From positions 1 through 6,450 of IMG/VR virus record IMGVR_UViG_3300011982_000013: a stretch of DNA of 6,450 nucleotides. The stretch is one strand, 5' to 3'. Shown here one piece after another: positions 1 to 5,165 of this stretch. The notes under the pieces are model-generated. The model was not told the origin of the DNA. It did not search any database and worked only from the letters and a program-made list of their open reading frames with translations. A program made the position numbers and the translations under genes. Source of the stretch: a virus. Position 1 is the first letter of the stretch. Every line of letters starts with the position of its first letter.

Positions 1-97
1 GGCGGCCTCCTCGTCAAAGAGAGAGGGAAGGAGCGTCTGGTGAACGTAGCGACTCCAGAGTCTTCTATCTACGTCGTCATTCACAACGAGGCGAGAG
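1..97. repeat. Terminal redundancy: 1..97 is identical to 6354..6450, consistent with a circular replicon of 6353 bp written with overlap
   Basis: Exact 97-nt match read directly from the sequence (ggcggcctcctcgtcaaagagagagggaagg...gaggcgagag at both ends). The offset between copies is 6353. Confidence 0.9.
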
Positions 98-384
98 GGC
101 ACGAGCTGGAAGAGCTCATCGTCTGAAAGGTCGCTACTTGCATAATCACCATTGCGCGCCTTGAGCTGAGAGATGATAGACGCACGTTCTTGCTCCGTAA
201 GGCGAAGGTCAAGCGCCCGGGCGAGGTCGCCGGTGGGAAGGCCGGTGTTTTCGTTGATTGGAAATACGATTTCCGCACGAGTAGCATCGACCATCGGAAT
301 TGCGAGCTCATCGAACTCGTTGTATCCGAAGTTGTCAGCGTCGCTTACACCGTGACGCATTATGATTTCTGCACGAGTTGCCAT
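1..384 (-). CDS. ORF133: 133-aa acidic hypothetical protein that wraps the origin (128 codons here plus 5 codons and TAG stop at 6336..6353). Possibly an internal scaffolding-like protein
   Basis: ATG at 384..382 lies 4 nt after the VP1 stop. Manual translation is MATRAEIIMRHGVSDADNFGYNEFDELAIPMVDATRAEIVFPINENTGLPTGDLARALDLRLTEQERASIISQLKARNGDYASSDLSDDELFQLVPSRLVVNDDVDRRLWSRYVHQTLLPSLFDEEAA, continuing over the circular junction as PPSDK*. There are no in-frame stops. It is on the same strand as all other genes and has a protein-like, D/E-rich composition. It is absent from the linear ORF track because it crosses the window boundary. No SD sequence; probably coupled to VP1. Confidence 0.5.
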   Translation of the reverse strand, partial: MATRAEIIMRHGVSDADNFGYNEFDELAIPMVDATRAEIVFPINENTGLPTGDLARALDLRLTEQERASIISQLKARNGDYASSDLSDDELFQLVPSRLVVNDDVDRRLWSRYVHQTLLPSLFDEEAA

Positions 385-388
385 AACA

Positions 389-2212
389 CTATATATCTTG
401 AGAACTTACACTCATTGGGCGAATCACTGAAATTCCGAACTGCGAGGCAACGAAAAACTGATCCGTTTTTTCACTTCCATCATAAGATAGAGCGAAAATT
501 CTATCTAGTTGGCGGGGGCTCACAAGCATCGTAGAAGGTACAACGCCTGAGCGGCTGTCATCTTCAGAAAGCTGTACCGGCTGAACTCCGGTCCACGCGG
601 AGAATTGACCATCGCGCCTAAATTCACCATGAAGTCTATCGTATGAAGCTTTGTACTCGTAGTATCGAGGAACGTATCCAAGTGGACGAGCGTACTTGGC
701 AAATTTCGCCTTTTCGATATTATTGCTAAGTTCCATGCCAAAAAGCGGCTGAAAACCAAGATCTTGAAACTCGGGAATGAAGTAATCGCCTCTACCTAGC
801 TTCAAATTGAAAGGGTCAACGCCATCAGCATTGTACTCGGTTTCAGGCACAATGGACATTATCGCCATAATTAGACCATGCTCTCTAGCTTCATAATGTA
901 TAGCGCGTCCGCTATCCGTGCCTACACCTCTACCAAAGATTTGCCCGACAGTCGTATCTGCACCTTGCGCGGTGGCTATAACTTCGGAGATGTCTACACT
1001 AGATGAAGTTCCACCTATATATTCCACTTGGTGTCTCATGAATTCTGGAAGTTTTTCACCAAAGTGAGCCTCTACCTGAGCTGCATAGTCATAGGCGCGC
1101 GCTCTACGTGTACGCTTCTGCATTTTTTCGAGGGCGAAGGCAGCGCGAATAGAGCGAGTCGAAACGCCGTCCCAAGCATTGGTAGAGGTGTTATCGATTT
1201 TGATAGCGTCAGCCTTAGCGTCGCCTTTGCCTGCAGATAAAACCGAAAGAGATTCCTTGGAAGTTGAAAGTCCAAGCGCAGAGGTCAGCGTAGGGGTGTT
1301 ATCTCCGAGTTCCGAAGGATAAACGCCCGTGAAATAGTCGTCCGAAAGCCAACGATAACGCAGGGTCATCATAGCTAAGACACGAGTTAGTTCACCATCA
1401 TCAGAAAAACCGATAGTTTCACCGCCTCCGAGGTCATCTATATTATAGCTGCCTATATTTTGGGGCTCATAATCTTGCCTTCTGTAAAAGTCTTGATAGA
1501 TTTTCTGATAAGCAAGTAGAGCGAAAGGATTAAACTTCTGTTCTACAGAGACTTGTTCAGCTAACCAATTCTTTAGAGTTTGCTTAGTAGCTACACCTAT
1601 TGTTTCTTTGTTAAAAGCGTCAAAAAAGCCCTTAATAAAGATGTCGGAGTAACTCTTACACTGAATTTCCGGCTTGAGCGTGCCATTTGAATAACGCTTA
1701 ACAGTGCAATTAACACCGTAACCAAGCATGTCTAAAAGGCGACAAGCACCCAGACCAAGGTTATAGCCAAGGGCATCTTTTGATTTTCCCTTGAGTTGCT
1801 GATATGCCTGATGTTGGGGAGGTATCGGTAAAACTCCACTCTCAAGGTAAAAAATCTCCGTAAGAACGTTAATAATATTAAGCGTAGGTACCGAAGAGTA
1901 GTTATCTGTTTTCTGGGTGACAGATTTTAGATAACGTTCACCGGTGTATAAGTTCTCGAAGCCTCTCCAGAGATGCCTATACGGAACGAAGAAAAAGTGC
2001 GTGTAGGTCTTGACGCGCACAAGAGCAGCTGTATTGAGCGGTTGCGTCCTAACGAGCTGATCTAGTGAGATTTGCGCTTTCTCTGAAGGGTTCAGATGGA
2101 GCGTCATTGTTGGCACAAGCATGCCAGCTGACATAGTATGGAGCGACCTGTGCGAAAGGTCGAACACGTTGCGCCGATAGTTCGGTGACGGCTGATGAAG
2201 GTGGAGTGCCAT
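389..2212 (-). CDS. VP1: Major capsid protein (Microviridae VP1 / F-protein family), 607 aa
   Basis: The N-terminal region RNVFDLSH...MSAGMLVP...ALVRVKTYTHFFFVPYRHLW matches the conserved gokushovirus VP1 N-terminus pattern (xF[DN]LSH, G.L[VI]P, FFvP.R.vW). The size is typical for the family. The RBS-like AAAGGAAG lies 10 nt upstream. The start is 1 nt after the Rep stop. Confidence 0.9.
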   Translation of the reverse strand: MALHLHQPSPNYRRNVFDLSHRSLHTMSAGMLVPTMTLHLNPSEKAQISLDQLVRTQPLNTAALVRVKTYTHFFFVPYRHLWRGFENLYTGERYLKSVTQKTDNYSSVPTLNIINVLTEIFYLESGVLPIPPQHQAYQQLKGKSKDALGYNLGLGACRLLDMLGYGVNCTVKRYSNGTLKPEIQCKSYSDIFIKGFFDAFNKETIGVATKQTLKNWLAEQVSVEQKFNPFALLAYQKIYQDFYRRQDYEPQNIGSYNIDDLGGGETIGFSDDGELTRVLAMMTLRYRWLSDDYFTGVYPSELGDNTPTLTSALGLSTSKESLSVLSAGKGDAKADAIKIDNTSTNAWDGVSTRSIRAAFALEKMQKRTRRARAYDYAAQVEAHFGEKLPEFMRHQVEYIGGTSSSVDISEVIATAQGADTTVGQIFGRGVGTDSGRAIHYEAREHGLIMAIMSIVPETEYNADGVDPFNLKLGRGDYFIPEFQDLGFQPLFGMELSNNIEKAKFAKYARPLGYVPRYYEYKASYDRLHGEFRRDGQFSAWTGVQPVQLSEDDSRSGVVPSTMLVSPRQLDRIFALSYDGSEKTDQFFVASQFGISVIRPMSVSSQDI

Positions 2213-2213
2213 A

Positions 2214-3596
2214 TTAACAGAACTTCCTTTTGTAATCGTTTAACTTCTTCGTTTTTACGCTGTCTTGTAACAGCAGAGAGGCTTCATTATTTGACCTCAC
2301 AACGAAAGTAGCACATTCTTCCGAAACTTCCAAATCATTGCACGAATTAAGGCAAGATAGCTCATAAGCGACAGACTCAAGTCCTTCAAAATCAGCGTAA
2401 TAACGTTTAAGGCGGAAGCTAAAGATTTTAGTGGCTAGTAACTGAAGGAGATCGTAGTACTCCATAGGGCTAATCCCAAGAGCAATGCAACTAACATAAG
2501 CACTATACGACGAACGAGCATCTTGGTAGGTCCATCCGATAAACCCAGAACGACTATACTCAAAACGATCGCGAAGATTATCAGCGTGAAGCCGAATAGA
2601 AAGTGTATAATCTCGATGTTTATCCAAAACTCTGATAGGGAATGGTATCTCATTGAATTTCAGTAATTTATCACCTAGGCCTCTTTCTCTTGCGTAGTCA
2701 TATGCGTAACGTATGACAGACAATGGGCGTACATCATTTGCGAGGCCAAAGCCTCGAGGGAGTGGGAGCGCTCGACGGAGTAGGTAAGAGGGGATAGCTT
2801 GCTCGCTAAGCTGAAGAGTTCGAGGGTCTTTGACGATTTGCGTAAAAACTCCTTGGATGAGAGTGCGATGCACAAAGCTCTTAATGTCACCAACATACAG
2901 CGAAAGCGGAAGGTTGGAATGCCAGACTTTTGGCCGACATACGCGTAAAGCTTCTCGAGGGAGAGCAGAGACAACACCATGAGAGGCAATATAACTTGAG
3001 AGATAGTTTGCAACTCCTTGAGTGTAAGAGGGGCGGACATCTGAACGACCAAATTTCCAACAGTCAGCCGAAAGCCTCCGTAGCTCGTCGAATTCTCGCT
3101 GGGGGAGCGCCTTGTAAAATAAAGCGATATGGTAATGTGCTCGGTGAGTGAACGAACCGTATTCCCCACAGGTGTAGTAGTAGAGATTGTCGGTGTACTT
3201 GATTTTCCTCCGAAGAGAGATACGCAAACGTTTGTAGTAATCCTGAACATCCTTATAATAGAGGTGTGTACAGCGATCACCATCAGCTTGAGCAGTCCGA
3301 GCGTTAGAGACAAGCGAAAGGCCGTAATCCAAAGGGCGACCAAGGATAGGAGGAACGCCAGGGCGAGTGCTATAGCTATAACCGTCATCATCATTATACT
3401 CATATAGAGGGGCGTTATCATTGCTGTAGGTTAGGGTGATAAACAAGCACTGATACCCCTCCTTACGGAGGGCAGAGTCGAAAGCTTGTATTCTTGAAGA
3501 ACGGGACCGTAGGGCATTAAGCCTGCACACGGGGCACGTTCCACACGAAACAACGTTTCCGTCCGCGAACCGAAGGGGGGATAAGCAGTACCTCAT
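2214..3596 (-). CDS. VP4: Rolling-circle replication initiation protein (Microviridae VP4 / gpA-like HUH endonuclease), 460 aa
   Basis: It carries RCR motif I (LFITLTY), motif II HUH (RAHYHIALF) and motif III with paired Tyr (VANYLSSYIAS, Y-x3-Y as in phiX A Y-VAK-Y). The N-terminal C-x13-CGTCPVCRL Cys cluster is typical of microvirus Rep. The gene is tightly linked to VP1. Confidence 0.9.
   Translation of the reverse strand: MRYCLSPLRFADGNVVSCGTCPVCRLNALRSRSSRIQAFDSALRKEGYQCLFITLTYSNDNAPLYEYNDDDGYSYSTRPGVPPILGRPLDYGLSLVSNARTAQADGDRCTHLYYKDVQDYYKRLRISLRRKIKYTDNLYYYTCGEYGSFTHRAHYHIALFYKALPQREFDELRRLSADCWKFGRSDVRPSYTQGVANYLSSYIASHGVVSALPREALRVCRPKVWHSNLPLSLYVGDIKSFVHRTLIQGVFTQIVKDPRTLQLSEQAIPSYLLRRALPLPRGFGLANDVRPLSVIRYAYDYARERGLGDKLLKFNEIPFPIRVLDKHRDYTLSIRLHADNLRDRFEYSRSGFIGWTYQDARSSYSAYVSCIALGISPMEYYDLLQLLATKIFSFRLKRYYADFEGLESVAYELSCLNSCNDLEVSEECATFVVRSNNEASLLLQDSVKTKKLNDYKRKFC
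2223..2230 (-). promoter_or_regulatory. Shine-Dalgarno-like AAAGGAAG, 10 nt upstream of the VP1 ATG
   Basis: The reverse complement of cttccttt is AAAGGAAG. The identical 8-mer precedes VP2. Confidence 0.5.
2435..2653 (-). CDS. Candidate embedded ORF (72 aa, two predicted TM helices) in the +1 frame inside the Rep C-terminal region. Speculative
   Basis: The translation MRYHSLSEFWINIEIIHFLFGFTLIIFAIVLSIVVLGLSDGPTKMLVRRIVLMLVALLLGLALWSTTISFSY is holin-like (about 70 aa, 2 TM). The same +1 frame is also open for 248 codons upstream (2675..3421). There is no SD, and alternate-frame hydrophobic ORFs are a common artefact. Confidence 0.15.
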   Translation of the reverse strand: MRYHSLSEFWINIEIIHFLFGFTLIIFAIVLSIVVLGLSDGPTKMLVRRIVLMLVALLLGLALWSTTISFSY

Positions 3597-3601
3597 CGCA
3601 A

Positions 3602-3964
3602 CTATTTGCCGTAGTTTTTGCTATACGCAACTACGTATACGATGTCGTGAAAGCGATTGGAGAGATGTCCGCTAACGGAGCGGCGGTTTGGATAGGCTAT
3701 AATGAAGCCTAAGCCGTATTTACCATTATACGTCTCTATGTACTTGTCATCATACTTAACCGAGATGTAGCCTTTGCGGCGAGCGTAGTGGCTGATATAT
3801 AGATAAGAGAGATTTACGAGGTCTTGAATGAACGAGTTGTCAGACTCATCATTGAGCTCGAAAGGGTGGCAAGCTCTGTTTAGACGCAGGTTATTCACTT
3901 GGTCGAGAGCGCGATAGCTTATGCGAGCGAAGTCTAAGACTTGCTTTACGGTCATTGTTCCCAT
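3602..3964 (-). CDS. ORF120: hypothetical Tyr-rich protein, paralog of ORF106 (true start may be Met4, MTVKQVLDF...)
   Basis: It is a same-strand ORF between ORF106 and Rep, with GAAAGG 10 nt upstream. The N-terminus MTVKQVLDFARISYRALDQVN aligns with ORF106 MTIREIFEHLQLPMSVLYDIN. Further shared blocks are F..L..L.YL and R.KGY[FI], plus a Tyr-rich C-terminus. Confidence 0.6.
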   Translation of the reverse strand: MGTMTVKQVLDFARISYRALDQVNNLRLNRACHPFELNDESDNSFIQDLVNLSYLYISHYARRKGYISVKYDDKYIETYNGKYGLGFIIAYPNRRSVSGHLSNRFHDIVYVVAYSKNYGK

Positions 3965-3966
3965 AA

Positions 3967-4287
3967 CTACATAACCTTTCTATACACCTTTACGGTGTGA
4001 TAGCTATTTGACTTCTTGAATAATTCGTAGACATTTGCTTCGTGATAATCTACAGAGGCGCTATCAGAAGAGCCACTCAAAATTATCGGATCTCGATGCT
4101 TCCTGAAGTAACCCTTAACTCTAAGTTCACGAGAACGAACAAAGCCGAGGTACTCGAGATGAGCGAGAAAAAAGTACTTGCACTCATCGTCAGGAGACTG
4201 AGATTGAAAGTAACTTCCATTACGATTGATGTCGTATAACACCGACATTGGGAGCTGGAGATGTTCAAAAATTTCTCTAATAGTCAT
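3967..4287 (-). CDS. ORF106: hypothetical Tyr-rich protein, first copy of the tandem paralog pair
   Basis: It is a 106-aa ORF on the coding strand and the first gene after the long noncoding region. It shows clear sequence similarity to ORF120 (see above). No SD is recognisable. Confidence 0.55.
   Translation of the reverse strand: MTIREIFEHLQLPMSVLYDINRNGSYFQSQSPDDECKYFFLAHLEYLGFVRSRELRVKGYFRKHRDPIILSGSSDSASVDYHEANVYELFKKSNSYHTVKVYRKVM
3975..3980 (-). promoter_or_regulatory. SD-like GAAAGG, 10 nt upstream of the ORF120 ATG
   Basis: Reverse complement of cctttc. Confidence 0.35.
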
Positions 4288-4425
4288 TGTTGCGAAGGCG
4301 AGAGGGGATGTTCATCTCTCACAATACAAAGGTACGACAAATTCCCGAAACTACCAAACATTTACAAAGATTTACCTTTGGTGTACTCCTGGGATGCACC
4401 GCAGGCTAGGATAGATTGACGAGGG

Positions 4426-4436
4426 GAAAGTGAGTG
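4426..4436. repeat. Direct repeat gaaagtgagtg, copy 1. It overlaps a 7-bp hairpin at 4427..4445 (aaagtga / gtgtg / tcacttt) that is followed by TTT
   Basis: Exact 11-mer repeated at 4512..4522. The flanks are also similar (gacgagggGAAAGTGAGTG vs gacaGAAAGTGAGTG). Confidence 0.6.
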
Positions 4437-4511
4437 TGTCACTTTTCCGTAATATATCAAGAACCGGGAGCGCAGAGACCTATTGCGCCGTTTTACCGCA
4501 AAGAACCGACA

Positions 4512-4522
4512 GAAAGTGAGTG
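4512..4522. repeat. Direct repeat gaaagtgagtg, copy 2. Another small hairpin is possible here (gaaag ... gtgcac ... ctttc)
   Basis: Exact match to 4426..4436, 86 nt downstream. Confidence 0.6.
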
Positions 4523-4544
4523 CACCCCTTTCTAGGTGTAAGGT

Positions 4545-4605
4545 GGGTTGTTGTTAAAATATGTTATTATACGTTAAGTTTTATTAATCATACCTTAGTT
4601 TTGCG
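4545..4605. promoter_or_regulatory. AT-rich tract within the intergenic region. The coding (minus) strand carries a perfect TATAAT (4571..4566) and an ATTAATAA octamer (4588..4581) shared with the phiX174-type origin core
   Basis: The plus strand reads ttgttgttaaaatatgttattatacgttaagttttattaatcataccttag. No good -35 partner was found, and the match to the phiX ori (gATATTAATAAcac vs tgATTAATAAaac) is partial. Confidence 0.3.
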
Positions 4606-4610
4606 GGGCG

Positions 4611-4740
4611 CCCGGATACGGCACTACGTTGCACTTGCCTACGCTAGGGCGCTCGTACCACACGCGCGCGCGTGGGAGGCGCGCGCACGCGCGCGATCCT
4701 CGCTTTAGCTGGGGCACTGCAGACGTAGCACCTATCCGGG
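4611..4740. repeat. Large imperfect inverted repeat (cruciform) with outer arms cccggata...tatccggg and a GC-only alternating purine-pyrimidine core at 4661..4695
   Basis: 4611..4618 cccggata pairs with 4733..4740 tatccggg, and partial arm matches continue inward. The core cacgcgcgcgcgtg (a perfect 14-nt palindrome) plus gcgcgcgcacgcgcgcg can form a 10-bp G/C stem (4665..4674 with 4686..4695). The core is Z-DNA-prone. Confidence 0.6.
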
Positions 4741-4756
4741 CTTAGCTCCCTCGGTT

Positions 4757-4776
4757 GCTCGTGCTTACGCACGAGC
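4757..4776. repeat. Perfect 8-bp hairpin gctcgtgc-ttac-gcacgagc
   Basis: Read directly from the sequence. It is a tetraloop hairpin in the ORF-free region. Confidence 0.6.
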
Positions 4777-4905
4777 CGTCGTTATGAACGAGTACTCGAC
4801 CAAAGGTCTCCTACTCGTACTGGAGCTACCTCGTTGTTTGTAAGCGGTAACAGCATTATCACCAAACATAGGTTAATTTTATATATGGTGAAGTCGTTAG
4901 CTATA

Positions 4906-5040
4906 GCTGTAACTGCACCCCCCTTATCGACCAACTGCGAAGCTATTCCTTTTGTGCTGACGTGCAATTTCGTACCTCATTGCACTAACGCACAAAAGGG
5001 CTTCTGATGCAGTTGGGCGATAAGGAGATGCAGTTACAGC
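4906..5040. repeat. Long interrupted hairpin of about 135 nt with about 49 paired bp. Candidate complementary-strand (single-strand) origin or packaging element
   Basis: Paired segments are 4906..4917 with 5029..5040 (12 bp, perfect), 4922..4929 with 5017..5024, 4931..4938 with 5008..5015, 4939..4943 with 4999..5003, 4948..4956 with 4990..4998, and 4962..4968 with 4979..4985. The loop is ttcgtacctc. Each arm also contains internal direct repeats (gatgcagtt twice on the right arm, aactgc twice on the left arm). Confidence 0.6.
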
Positions 5041-5064
5041 GGTGGCTAGTGTACGCCATCACAT

Positions 5065-5128
5065 ATAACAAAAGCACCCACGCGCCTCAAACGCTGTGGT
5101 GCAACGGTTGGGCGCGCGGGTGTTTTTT
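5065..5128. terminator. Candidate bidirectional intrinsic-terminator-like hairpin about 45 nt downstream of the VP2 stop
   Basis: Stem 5075..5086 cacccacgcgcc pairs with 5111..5122 ggcgcgcgggtg (11 of 12 bp), followed by TTTTTT (5123..5128). On the coding (minus) strand the stem is followed by CTTTTGTTAT (5074..5065). The 24-nt loop is long for a canonical terminator. Confidence 0.35.
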
Positions 5129-5165
5129 CGCTCCGCGGGGGGCTCCTTGGATCTGCAGTTACATG

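Noticed and set aside
81-311. 76-aa minus-strand ORF from the ORF track (S-rich, low complexity)
   Set aside because: It lies entirely inside the longer, more protein-like origin-spanning ORF133 in a different frame. It shows serine-rich compositional bias and has no RBS.
190-534. 114-aa plus-strand ORF (and a 60-aa ORF at 173..355)
   Set aside because: It is antisense to ORF133 and to the VP1 3' end. All credible genes are on the minus strand of this ssDNA virus, so it is likely a shadow ORF.
520-1275. Small ORFs inside VP1 (79-aa at 520..759, 67-aa at 1072..1275 on the minus strand, and 70-aa at 1028..1240 on the plus strand)
   Set aside because: They are nested in the capsid gene with no independent support, no RBS, and no striking features.
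2675-3421. 248-aa minus-strand ORF in the +1 frame of rep with a hydrophobic N-terminus
   Set aside because: Its L/S/T-rich composition is typical of an out-of-frame translation of a real gene, and it has no SD. It is kept only as part of a low-interest overprinting hypothesis, not annotated as a gene.
4520-4708. 62-aa plus-strand ORF ending ...ARAWEARARARSSL
   Set aside because: The Ala/Arg run is just the translation of the (CG)n tract. The ORF is on the antisense strand and overlaps the cruciform.
4782-4967. 61-aa minus-strand ORF inside the noncoding block
   Set aside because: It spans the 8-bp tetraloop hairpin and the left arm of the long hairpin. It has no RBS and an unremarkable composition. 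The neighbouring frames are stop-rich, consistent with a structural-DNA region.
4288-5165. A tRNA, CRISPR array or degraded VP3 gene in the intergenic block
   Set aside because: No T-loop-like GTTCRANYC motif or cloverleaf is apparent. The repeats are inverted or structural rather than regularly spaced direct repeats. Manual three-frame translation of the viral strand shows frequent stops in every frame, with no protein-like stretch.
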